From: an uncultured Acidobacteriota bacterium
Lineage (GTDB): Bacteria; Actinomycetota; Acidimicrobiia; Spongiisociales; ZC4RG35
Direction of reading: 5' to 3'
DNA length: 64,000 nucleotides
NCBI GenBank assembly: GCA_963848695.1
Contig: CAWKEI010000016.1
Location: forward strand, 5,331 to 69,330
Shown here: positions 50,785 to 59,089 of the stretch, one piece after another
How positions within the stretch are numbered: position 1 is the stretch's first letter
How the letters are laid out: each line of letters starts with the position of its first letter
Program-made: the position numbers and the translations under genes
Notes under the pieces: model-generated
Seen by the model: the letters and a program-made list of their open reading frames with translations, nothing else
Told to the model about the DNA's origin: nothing
The model's database searches: none

Positions 50785-51338
50785 GGCATCTCCCAGATGC
50801 GCTCCCAGGCGCGTACCCAGCGGGTCTTGCCCGCAGACCTTCCCGCAAGCATTCGCCGCACCAGGGACGATCTGAGTCGGGGAAGGACGGGACCGGGTCC
50901 GGCCGGCTTCGCTCCCGCTCCCACCGGCTGCCACACGGCCGGGGTTTGCTCGACGGGCCGGAGCAGACCAGGGAGGAGCGGTCTGACCGGGACGGTGGGA
51001 CCGTCCCACAAACCAAGAGGGCACCGGACGACTACGGCCGGCCAACCCTCGGCAAGGCCGTGAATGATCGATCGGGCCTCGAGATGACCGATCGGCCCGG
51101 ACGAGAGAAGGGCGACTCCTGCCCGACCCGGGCTCAATTCGGCGAGAGTTGGGCCCTCCGCGGCCAGATCCGAGAGGGTACGGCCGCTCTGGAGTGCCAG
51201 GTCTCGACACATGTCGACCACCAGAGCGCTGCCCGCCGCCTGGGCGAGGCCCAGGGCGGAAAGGAGCGAAAGGACTGGCTCGGGCGATGCCACCGCGAGA
51301 ACGCCGAACTTGCCTGGAGATCTCCCCATCCCCACCAT
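50775..51338 (-). CDS. Degenerate Ssd/CpaE (MinD-like) protein
   Basis: ALGLAQ...ALVVD..., TLSDL, WPAVVV; position directly upstream of tadA; no intact Walker A. Confidence 0.55.
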   Translation of the reverse strand: MVGMGRSPGKFGVLAVASPEPVLSLLSALGLAQAAGSALVVDMCRDLALQSGRTLSDLAAEGPTLAELSPGRAGVALLSSGPIGHLEARSIIHGLAEGWPAVVVRCPLGLWDGPTVPVRPLLPGLLRPVEQTPAVWQPVGAGAKPAGPGPVLPRLRSSLVRRMLAGRSAGKTRWVRAWERIWEMPWG

Positions 51339-51368
51339 CTCTCCGAACGTATCCGGCGGGGAAACGCT

Positions 51369-51668
51369 CTACAAGGGGGCTGACCTCCAGGTGAAGCCCG
51401 CTTCGACCACGACCTCGATGAACTGCTCGCTCGAGTAGACACCGTTGGGAAGGCCCTCGAGCACGTCCTTGTCGAGGATGAATCCCTCGATGGCCCACAT
51501 CGCGTCGCGGTCGAGATCATCTAACAGCCGCCCCGCTTCCACCCGCTTCACCGCCTCGGTCAGGGCACGGACCAAAAGGCCGGGGACCGGCAGATCCTCG
51601 GGCAGCCCGTCGGTTTCCAGGGGCCGTCCGACGAGGTCCACCATCAACACTGAGGAGCCCGATGCCAT
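51369..51668 (-). CDS. Small IspD-arm-like hypothetical protein (99 aa)
   Basis: VRALTEAVKRVEAGRLLDDLDRDAMWAI resembles the IspD PVxDTxKxV..TxDRxxLW segment; divergent from ispD. Confidence 0.55.
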   Translation of the reverse strand: MASGSSVLMVDLVGRPLETDGLPEDLPVPGLLVRALTEAVKRVEAGRLLDDLDRDAMWAIEGFILDKDVLEGLPNGVYSSEQFIEVVVEAGFTWRSAPL

Positions 51669-51717
51669 CCGCAACACGGCTCCTGGGTCGATCACCCGAC
51701 AAAAGTACCCTCGACCT

Positions 51718-52374
51718 GTGACCGATCGAGCCATGGTCGTCGTCGCTGCGGGAAGCAGCGTCAGATTCGGTGAGGACAAGATGATGCTGTCGGTGGCCGG
51801 CCGGCCGATCGTCGCTCACGCAGTCGACGCGGTGATGGAGCACGTCGACCGCTGCATCCTCGTCTGCCGCCCCGACCAGATGCCCCTCCTCACGGAGCTG
51901 AATTTGGGCGCCGACCTGGTCGCGGGCGGGCCAAGCCGGACCGCCTCGGAGATGGCCGGGCTCCATGCACTGGGGGAACCGCCCGGTCTGATCGGGATCC
52001 ACGACGGGGCACGGCCTCTGGTTTCTGGCTCCCTGATCGAGATTCTCTTCGAGACCGCTGCACTGGTCGGCGGGGCGATTCCGGTGGTGGGGCCGGCCGG
52101 ACCCCTGGTTCACAAGTCGGATTTGTCGGTCGTGGAAGACGCAATGGTCGCACAGACTCCTCAGGTCTTCCGGGGGCAGGCGTTGCTCGCGGCGTATGCG
52201 GCCGCTGCCCGTGCTGGTTACCAGGCGCTGGACACTGCCGAGATCGCGCGCGCCTTCGGCCAGATGGAGATCGCCGCCGTGCCCGGAGACCCCGAGAACG
52301 TGAAAGTCACGCTCCCCGGCGACATCGAGTTGGTCAAGTCAGCGCTAGAGACTTCTCGTAGCGAACCTCATTGA
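51718..52374 (+). CDS. ispD: IspD/TarI family cytidylyltransferase (atypical)
   Basis: AAGSSVRFG..K, GG.SR..S, IHDGARP, QTPQ.F, N.KVT.P.D. Confidence 0.82.
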   Translation: MTDRAMVVVAAGSSVRFGEDKMMLSVAGRPIVAHAVDAVMEHVDRCILVCRPDQMPLLTELNLGADLVAGGPSRTASEMAGLHALGEPPGLIGIHDGARPLVSGSLIEILFETAALVGGAIPVVGPAGPLVHKSDLSVVEDAMVAQTPQVFRGQALLAAYAAAARAGYQALDTAEIARAFGQMEIAAVPGDPENVKVTLPGDIELVKSALETSRSEPH

Positions 52375-52831
52375 CGTCGGTGCCGCCGATGGTCTCTATC
52401 CGTATCGGCTTCCCCAGCGTCCATCCCTGCCGCTCGTAGAAGGCGCGAGCGCGGGCATTCCGGTCGAGCACCCAGAGCAGCCCCCTCCAGTAACCATCGT
52501 CGATCAAAGCCTGCTCGCTCTCCGCGAGGAGGTCGCGGCCCAGGCCACGGCCCCACTGGTCAGGATCCAGGTAGATGGCATACACCTCGCCCCAGTCGTC
52601 GTCGGTCGCCGGGCCAACTGCACAGAAACCCACGATCACCCCATCCTGTTCGGACACCAAGACCCGGCCCCTCGTCTGGCGGAGTATCCGATTCCAGCTC
52701 TCGGTTCGGCCCTCGACGTCCAAGGCGTCGAGAAAACCCTGGTCGATCAAACCGGGATAGGCCGTCTGCCAACTGGCCACATGGACACGGGCGACACCGG
52801 TCGCATCTCCTGGCTCGGCGGTCCGGATCAT
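52334..52831 (-). CDS. GNAT acetyltransferase
   Basis: ARVHVASWQTAY, EVYAIYLDP..WGRGLG, LWVL..N.RARAFYE. Confidence 0.9.
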   Translation of the reverse strand: MIRTAEPGDATGVARVHVASWQTAYPGLIDQGFLDALDVEGRTESWNRILRQTRGRVLVSEQDGVIVGFCAVGPATDDDWGEVYAIYLDPDQWGRGLGRDLLAESEQALIDDGYWRGLLWVLDRNARARAFYERQGWTLGKPIRIETIGGTDVNEVRYEKSLALT

Positions 52832-52840
52832 CTTCCCACT

Positions 52841-53503
52841 TCAAGAGACCTGGTTTGACTCCTCTCCAGGCGGAGCCGTGTCGGATCGATCCGTCTCGGG
52901 TTGATCCGGCTCGGAGTGGTCCGGCTCGAGCTGATCCGGCTCGAGCTGATCCGGCTCGGGGTGATCGGGCTCGGAGTGGTCGGGCTCGAGCTCGTCTGAT
53001 TCCGCGACCTCATCGGACACCGTGTCCGGCTCCCGCTCATCCCGACCACCCAGGACCCAGAACGCAAGAGCGGACAAAGAAGCCGCTCCGAGGGCAACGC
53101 CGAGCCAGAGCCATTGTTGTGTCCCCGAGCTCGACTCCTCGTCCTCGGTGGGGTCGGTGGTCCCGGGCGTCGAGCTGAGATCGGCGCCCAGATCGGTGAG
53201 CGACACCGGGTCTGACTCGGCACCGGGGTCACCAATGGCCTCGAAGACGACGAGGTAGTTGGCCGGTTTGACCTCGGTGGTGACACCGAACGTTCCATCG
53301 TCGCGGGGCAACATCGGGATGGTGATGGTGTCCTCGTCGGGAAGCGCGAGATGGGCCACGACCGAGTCCGCCGACTCGTCCACTTCGACACCCAGTTCCA
53401 GGATCACCGACTCGTCGGTCGCCGAGACGACTGACGCCGTTGCGGTGCCGAAACCCGACCCAAGGTCGACCGCGAAAAGGAGTAGGGCGGCGAACCTGAT
53501 CAT
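52841..53503 (-). CDS. Hypothetical membrane-anchored protein with an acidic pentapeptide-repeat tail
   Basis: Signal-like N-terminus, C-terminal TM, then EPDHS/EPDQL repeats. Confidence 0.7.
   Translation of the reverse strand: MIRFAALLLFAVDLGSGFGTATASVVSATDESVILELGVEVDESADSVVAHLALPDEDTITIPMLPRDDGTFGVTTEVKPANYLVVFEAIGDPGAESDPVSLTDLGADLSSTPGTTDPTEDEESSSGTQQWLWLGVALGAASLSALAFWVLGGRDEREPDTVSDEVAESDELEPDHSEPDHPEPDQLEPDQLEPDHSEPDQPETDRSDTAPPGEESNQVS
52885..52993 (-). repeat. 15-bp coding tandem repeat (EPDxx, about 7 copies)
   Basis: xxxGAGCCGGAxCAx units; LEPDHSEPDHPEPDQLEPDQLEPDHSEPDQPETD. Confidence 0.85.
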
Positions 53504-53548
53504 CGGTGCCCGATGCTACCCGTCAGCGTGTGAGCTCCTCGCTGGAGG

Positions 53549-54334
53549 TCATTTCCACTCACCCCGTTCTTCGAGCAATTGCTTGAGGAGGTCGGGCCGG
53601 TCAGTGATGATGCCGTCGACGCCGAGATCGAGGAGCTCGCCCATTTCGGCAAGTGTGTTGATGGTCCACACGTGAACCTGGAGACCCCGGGCATGCGCCG
53701 CCTCCATCAATTTCCGGTCAACCACACGCAGCCCTCGGGAATGGCGGGGTAGCTGAAGGGCCACAGCGTCGGAGAGGACTCCCCGGCCCACCCGCGAGGC
53801 AAGGAGCCAGGATCGAGCCTCAGCGGACCCCGTGGAGGTGGCGACCCGCCCCCGGGACACCATCCGGAACTCCTCGAGTCTGTGGTCGGAGAACGAGCCG
53901 ACGATCAGCCGGTCATGCGCATCGAGGCGTTCGATCAGGTCGTTGAGTGGCTCGGCCAGCCCCTCGGACTTCAGATCGACGACAAACGACACCTCGGGAA
54001 AAGCAACGATGGCTTCTTCGAGGGTCGGGACCCGGATCTTCCTCCCTCTGAACGCAGGCCCTTCGACGCCGAAATGACGATGCCCTGCATCCAACCCCGA
54101 CAAGTCCTCGAAAGTGAGGTCGCTCACCGGCCCGGAGCCGTTCGTGGTGCGGTCCAAAGTGGGGTCGTGGAAACAGACGAGCACCCCGTCTCGGGTGAGG
54201 CGCAGATCGGTTTCGAGGTGGCGATAGCCGAGGGAAACAGCGCCTGAGAAGGCCTCCATTGTGTTTTCGGGCCAGAGAAGACGGCTACCGCGGTGGGCAA
54301 TCGCGACCGGAGGTCGCCAATGATCGAGAATCAT
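53549..54334 (-). CDS. Glycerophosphodiester phosphodiesterase
   Basis: IAHRG...[32 protein letters not shown]. Confidence 0.93.
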   Translation of the reverse strand: MILDHWRPPVAIAHRGSRLLWPENTMEAFSGAVSLGYRHLETDLRLTRDGVLVCFHDPTLDRTTNGSGPVSDLTFEDLSGLDAGHRHFGVEGPAFRGRKIRVPTLEEAIVAFPEVSFVVDLKSEGLAEPLNDLIERLDAHDRLIVGSFSDHRLEEFRMVSRGRVATSTGSAEARSWLLASRVGRGVLSDAVALQLPRHSRGLRVVDRKLMEAAHARGLQVHVWTINTLAEMGELLDLGVDGIITDRPDLLKQLLEERGEWK

Positions 54335-54349
54335 GCCGGGCAAAAAGTA

Positions 54350-54377
54350 ATGGGCCCCGTCAATCGACGGGGCCCAT
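54350..54377 (-). terminator. Rho-independent terminator after hup
   Basis: 12-bp stem ATGGGCCCCGTC/GACGGGGCCCAT followed by TACTTTTT on the minus strand. Confidence 0.85.
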
Positions 54378-54398
54378 CAAATCCCGGTTGGAGGGCGC

Positions 54399-54692
54399 TT
54401 ACTCGGCGACTCGGTCCTTCAGGCCCTTTGAAGCGGAGAAATGGGCATATCTCTTCGCTGCGATCGTGATGGTCTCCCCGGTGGCCGGGTTGCGGCCCTG
54501 ACGTGCAGAGCGCTGCTTGGTGGCGAAATTGCCAAACCCGGTGATATTCACTTTGCGGCCCGCATCGAGCTCCACGGCGATGATGCCCTCGCCTGACTTC
54601 GTCGAGAAGATGTGGTCGATGATCTCCGCGGCCTTGCCTTTGGAGATGTCCGCCCTGTCGGCGAGCTTGTCCGCCATCTCGGATTTGTTCAC
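54399..54692 (-). CDS. hup: HU family DNA-binding protein
   Basis: NKSE, GFGNF, R.GRNP.TGE.I.I; SD AAGGAGG before the GTG. Confidence 0.93.
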   Translation of the reverse strand: MNKSEMADKLADRADISKGKAAEIIDHIFSTKSGEGIIAVELDAGRKVNITGFGNFATKQRSARQGRNPATGETITIAAKRYAHFSASKGLKDRVAE

Positions 54693-54815
54693 GGCCCCTC
54701 CTTGTGGGTCGACGTTCGGCACCCTGTGTTTGGTGACGTTCCGAGTAACCATAGGCGAAAAACCCAGCATTGCTTGGCTTTCCCGGGCAGTTAGCCTTCG
54801 CCGGTGAGGAGGAGC

Positions 54816-55592
54816 ATGAGCGTCGACTACGTCCTCGAGGACGATGTGGCCATAGTCACCCTCGACCGTCCCGATCGTTTCAACGCCATCGAGGCATCGC
54901 TCGGCGAGGGCCTGATCGACGCGATGGCACGGGCCGGAGGGGAGGCGAGGGCGGCGATCCTGACCGGGGCGGGTAAGGCCTTCTGCTCGGGAGCCGACCT
55001 CAACGACCTGTTGCCCGACTACGAGAGCGGCGACGGGCCCGACCTTGCCCGTCTTCTCGTGGACGTGTTCCATCCTGCCCTTCACTCGATCCTCGATTGC
55101 AGGGTGCCCGTGATCGGTGCCATCAATGGCGTGGCAGCCGGAGCCGGGCTTGGCTTCGCCCTTGCCTGTGACCTCCGCGTCATGGCCGAGGGTGCCTTTC
55201 TCACCTCGGCGTTCACGGCGATCGGGCTAGCCCCGGATTCGGGAACGACATGGTGGCTCTCGCACCATCTGGGCGTGTCCCGGGCTCTAGAGCTCGCCTT
55301 GACCAACCGCCGGGTCGATGCCGAGGAAGCCCGTCAGTTAGGGCTTTGTGTCGATGTCGCGCCCGCCGACGTGTTGATCGATCGGGCGAAGACCCTGGCC
55401 GGGCAGTTGGCAGATCTGGTCCCCGATTCACTCGTGACCACCAGACGTCTCATCAGGGAGGCGGCCGGGGCCAGCCTCGAGGAAGCGCTGGCAGCCGAGC
55501 AGACGGAACAGGGCCGTCTCGGCAAGACCCCCGAGCACCGGGAGGGAGTGATGGCCTTCATCGAGAAACGGAAACCCAACTTCCGTGTTTGA
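54816..55592 (+). CDS. Enoyl-CoA hydratase/isomerase (PaaG-like)
   Basis: LDRPDRFNA, FCSGADL, NGVAAGAG..ALACD, IGLAPDSG, EGVMAF.EKRKP.F. Confidence 0.9.
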   Translation: MSVDYVLEDDVAIVTLDRPDRFNAIEASLGEGLIDAMARAGGEARAAILTGAGKAFCSGADLNDLLPDYESGDGPDLARLLVDVFHPALHSILDCRVPVIGAINGVAAGAGLGFALACDLRVMAEGAFLTSAFTAIGLAPDSGTTWWLSHHLGVSRALELALTNRRVDAEEARQLGLCVDVAPADVLIDRAKTLAGQLADLVPDSLVTTRRLIREAAGASLEEALAAEQTEQGRLGKTPEHREGVMAFIEKRKPNFRV

Positions 55593-55747
55593 TCATCTGG
55601 CCGCGCGGCGGAAGCTCCGGCCGACCAGCAGCCCTGATTGGCGGCGGACTTTGCCCTCGACGACCCTCAGCGAGGATCCGGCTCGATGCTTTTCCAGAGC
55701 CAGCAGTCTCGGGCAAACAGACGCCGGTCCGCCGCTTCGGCCGGCAA

Positions 55748-56158
55748 TCAAGACGGTTTGACCAGGTAGACCTCGACGGTCAGCTTCCCCGCCTCGCCTT
55801 TGCCAAAGGCGACCCCGATCTCATTGTTCAACCAGGCCAGATCCTCGTTCCCGGTCTGGAAGGTGAGGAGCTCCCTGGGCTCGGCTGATTGATCCGGATT
55901 GACGATGGAGACCCCGCTCCCCCGATAGGCGACCGTCTCCCGCTTCTCACCCACGCTGGCATGGATGTCCAGCTCCATGTTCCCGTCCGAGCGAACCGTC
56001 ACGTAGTCGATGCCTGAGACGGGACGCTCTCCTTCCCAATGCGGGCCGGTGGCGGTGCCTTCGAAGGGGAAATCGATGCGCATGCCGGTGGGCGTCGTTC
56101 CAATGATCTTCCTGCCCATCTCGGCCGTGATCGTGCAGAACTTCTCCAATGAAGGCAT
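55748..56158 (-). CDS. DUF3237-like beta-barrel protein
   Basis: G.TP.G.R, G.DY..VR.DG...LD, FQTG....AWLN. Confidence 0.7.
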   Translation of the reverse strand: MPSLEKFCTITAEMGRKIIGTTPTGMRIDFPFEGTATGPHWEGERPVSGIDYVTVRSDGNMELDIHASVGEKRETVAYRGSGVSIVNPDQSAEPRELLTFQTGNEDLAWLNNEIGVAFGKGEAGKLTVEVYLVKPS

Positions 56159-56192
56159 GCCGGGTCTACTCCTGGATCGGGGACGTGCAACG

Positions 56193-56828
56193 CTAGTTCC
56201 GGGATTGGCGGAGCAGCTCGACGACTTGATCGTCGGGTGTCGGGGTGAAGTCGCGATACCACGCCCCCACCGCCATGAACCTCTTCGGATGATCGACCAC
56301 GATCACCCTGTCGGCGACTTTCTCCATGATCGGGACGGCATCAGCAGGGGCCACGGGCACGGCCAGCCACACTCCCAACGCCTCTCTGGCCCGCAGGACT
56401 CTGATGGCGGCGAGCGCAGTCGAGCCGGTGGCCAGCCCATCGTCGACAACTACCGCCGTCCGGCCACCGGGGTCGATCGCCGGCACCGTCTCGCGATAGC
56501 GAGCGAGTCTTCTCTCCAGCTCCGTTTTCTCAGCCTCGGCTCGCGCCAGGAACGTCTCCTCGTCGATCCCAACTGCATCGATGATCTCCTGGTTTCGGAT
56601 CACGACGTCCCCCTCGGCGACGGCTCCCATGGCCAGCTCGGGGTGAAAGGGCACGCCGACCTTTCGGACCGCCAAGACGTCCATCTCACAATTCAGGGCT
56701 CCGGCGACCTCGAATCCGACCGGAACGCCCCCGCGGGGAAGCGCGGTCACGAGTGGCGCATCCGGGTGATGTGCCGCCACCTCGAGCCCGAGCCTCGCCC
56801 CCGCCTCGCGGCGGTCGGCGAACTTCAT
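56193..56828 (-). CDS. Phosphoribosyltransferase family protein
   Basis: F.DRREAG..L, LPRGGVPV, VVVDDGLATGST, AVG.WY.DF. Confidence 0.9.
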   Translation of the reverse strand: MKFADRREAGARLGLEVAAHHPDAPLVTALPRGGVPVGFEVAGALNCEMDVLAVRKVGVPFHPELAMGAVAEGDVVIRNQEIIDAVGIDEETFLARAEAEKTELERRLARYRETVPAIDPGGRTAVVVDDGLATGSTALAAIRVLRAREALGVWLAVPVAPADAVPIMEKVADRVIVVDHPKRFMAVGAWYRDFTPTPDDQVVELLRQSRN

Positions 56829-56832
56829 CGCC

Positions 56833-57819
56833 TCAGCCGTAGTGATCGACGTAACGCCGAAGCCACGGCGTCACCTGAGTGAGATACTCCTCGGCCTCGC
56901 CCATGGGAAGGGTGCGTGCCGCGTAGTTCATGAGCATGATCTGCCGGGCGGCGTGAAAGCCATCCAGCTGCTCTTCGTCCTCGATAGGCCAGGGTGCGAT
57001 CTCCTCGAATCCCTGACGGTAGGCCGCCCGGATCTCGTTCCGCCGGTCACTCGCCCGTGACGAGTAGAGGCACACCGAGACGTCCTGGCCGGGAGTGGCG
57101 ATCATCACGTCCTCGAAGTCGAAGGCGTGCAGCCGGGAACGGACGAGGTGCACATTCCACTCATGAAGATCGCCATGCACGACGTGGGGGAAGTCGGTGG
57201 CCCAAGCATCCTTGATCACTTGCTCGGACAACTCCGAGGCCTGACTGATCGTCTTTCGGCGATATGAGTCGAAGAGATGATCGAATCTCGGGCTGTCGAT
57301 GATGACCGGGTCGTCCTCGGGCTCGTAGTAGAAGATCCGGTCCCAGCGTCGCATCCCGTCGGGGTTGGGTACCTGCCAGTTACGGCCGTGCTCTTGGAGC
57401 GACGCGCTGATCCGGCCGAGGAGCCGATATCCGAAGCTGCCGGCACCGTCCGCCAAGGGCGCTCCGGGAACCCAGCTGAACAGCACACATGGCCTCGTCT
57501 TGTCCGAATCGGGCTCCTTGGCGTCGACGATCAGGGTCCCGTACCCGGTCTTGATGGGCGCCACGATCTCGAGATCGGTGTCCTTGTTCAACGCCGATAG
57601 CCAGGCAACCTCGTAGTCGAGGTTCGACCGAGAGTTCCCCTGAGGGCTGCCAACCCTCAGCACGCATTGGAAGCCGTCCGAGGTGACTACCCGGTACATC
57701 ACGTTGGAGTGTGTGGCTAGATGCTCGACTTCCCTCACCCGGAACGGGTAGTGCTCGAGCACCTCTTGGGCGAGCGGCAGCAACCGCGCTGCCTCGTGGC
57801 CAATTCGATGTAAATCCAT
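56833..57819 (-). CDS. APH/homoserine kinase type II-like phosphotransferase
   Basis: N..YRV, VLRV, E..WL..L, HGDLHEWNV, FDFED. Confidence 0.85.
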   Translation of the reverse strand: MDLHRIGHEAARLLPLAQEVLEHYPFRVREVEHLATHSNVMYRVVTSDGFQCVLRVGSPQGNSRSNLDYEVAWLSALNKDTDLEIVAPIKTGYGTLIVDAKEPDSDKTRPCVLFSWVPGAPLADGAGSFGYRLLGRISASLQEHGRNWQVPNPDGMRRWDRIFYYEPEDDPVIIDSPRFDHLFDSYRRKTISQASELSEQVIKDAWATDFPHVVHGDLHEWNVHLVRSRLHAFDFEDVMIATPGQDVSVCLYSSRASDRRNEIRAAYRQGFEEIAPWPIEDEEQLDGFHAARQIMLMNYAARTLPMGEAEEYLTQVTPWLRRYVDHYG

Positions 57820-57906
57820 CCCGCCCGGACCCTCTCCCTGCCAAGGGGGACCAGTGCCCTCCCCCAGGGTCATTCTGGTCGCTACGGGCTCCGCTGACTA
57901 CTGGTT

Positions 57907-59029
57907 CTAACGGCCCAATTCCCGAGATGGCGCCGACGGCTCGGACTCAGCGACGACCTCGTCCAGGGCGTCCAGAAACCGCCGGTTCTCGTGATCGGTC
58001 CCAATCGTCACCCTCAACCATCGTCCCCCCATCGCCCGGACGATCACACCACGCTGCGTGAAGAGGTCTGCGGCTTCTTCGCCGGCCATACCCAGCTCGA
58101 AATAGACGAAATTGGCCTGGCTTGGGGTGTGGGGAAGCGATCGCTCGGACAGGGCCCTGAGGACCTGTTGCCGTGCGGCCGCGTTGGACTTGGCCCTGCG
58201 TTCCAGCTCACCCTGGTCCCGCAGTGACGCAGCCGCCGCCACCTGGGCCACCTGGGCGACCGTGAACGGAGGCTGCGCCTTGCGCAGCTCGGTGATCATC
58301 TCGGGCCGGCCTACTCCATATCCGATCCGATGGGCGGCGAGGGCATAGATCTTGGAGAAGGTCCGCAGGACCAGGACATTGGGCCGGCGAAGCGCCTCGG
58401 GTATCGCGCTCGGCGTAACTCTCATCGGTCACGAAGTCGTGATAGGCCTCGTCGATCACGACCAGCACCGATTCGGGTAGGGAGTCGATGAAGCCACCCA
58501 TTGCCTTCGCCGAGACGATGGTCCCGGTCGGGTTGTTTGGATTGCACAGATAGACGACGGTGGTGTCGGCACGGATCGCGTCTCTCATGGCGTCGAGGTC
58601 GTGGGTGTGCGCCGCATCGAGCGGGACCTCGATCATCTCGGTCATGGCCCAACGAGAGGCGATCCGGTACATGATGAACGACGGCCAGGCATAGACAGCA
58701 CTCGTGCCGGGACCGCCCATCGCCACTGCGATGTGACCGATGAGGCCGACGCTCCCATTGCCGAACCAGAGATGGTCGGCCGGAACCGATAGATGGGCCG
58801 ACAGCGTGGCGCTGAGATCGCGCATGTCGTCGTCGGGATACCGGTTCGACTCGGCCAATGCCTTGGAGACTGCCTCGACCACACCCGGGAACGGGCCATC
58901 CGGGCTCTCGTTGGAGGCGAGCTTCACGATCTCGTCGGGCCTCATCCCGATCTCGGCGGCGACCTCCTCGATCGATCGGCCCGGGACATAGGGGCTGATA
59001 GCAGCTACGTCCGGCCGAAACCTGGGCAT
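57907..59029 (-). pseudogene. HisC/Pat-family PLP aminotransferase split by a single frameshift (probably a sequencing error)
   Basis: The 5' frame has PYVPG, KLASNE, NRYPD, CNPNNPTG, DEAY; the 3' frame has RTFSK.Y.LA..RIGY; removing one base at about 58412 restores ESYASAIPEA. Confidence 0.85.
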
Positions 59030-59089
59030 GGGGGAAAGGTAATGGGTGGCGGGTGGTGGGCAGCGGTCCGAAAGTATGGTTGGCCAGAA

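Noticed and set aside
50785-51498. 588-aa TadA with a long N-terminal extension
   Set aside because: The extension is low-complexity Arg/Pro/Gly read-through overlapping the ssd-like gene; the ATPase starts near 50784
57820-57906. GGGGGA/TCCCCC hairpin upstream of the phosphotransferase as a riboswitch
   Set aside because: Short GC-rich stem with no recognisable aptamer consensus; expected by chance at this GC content
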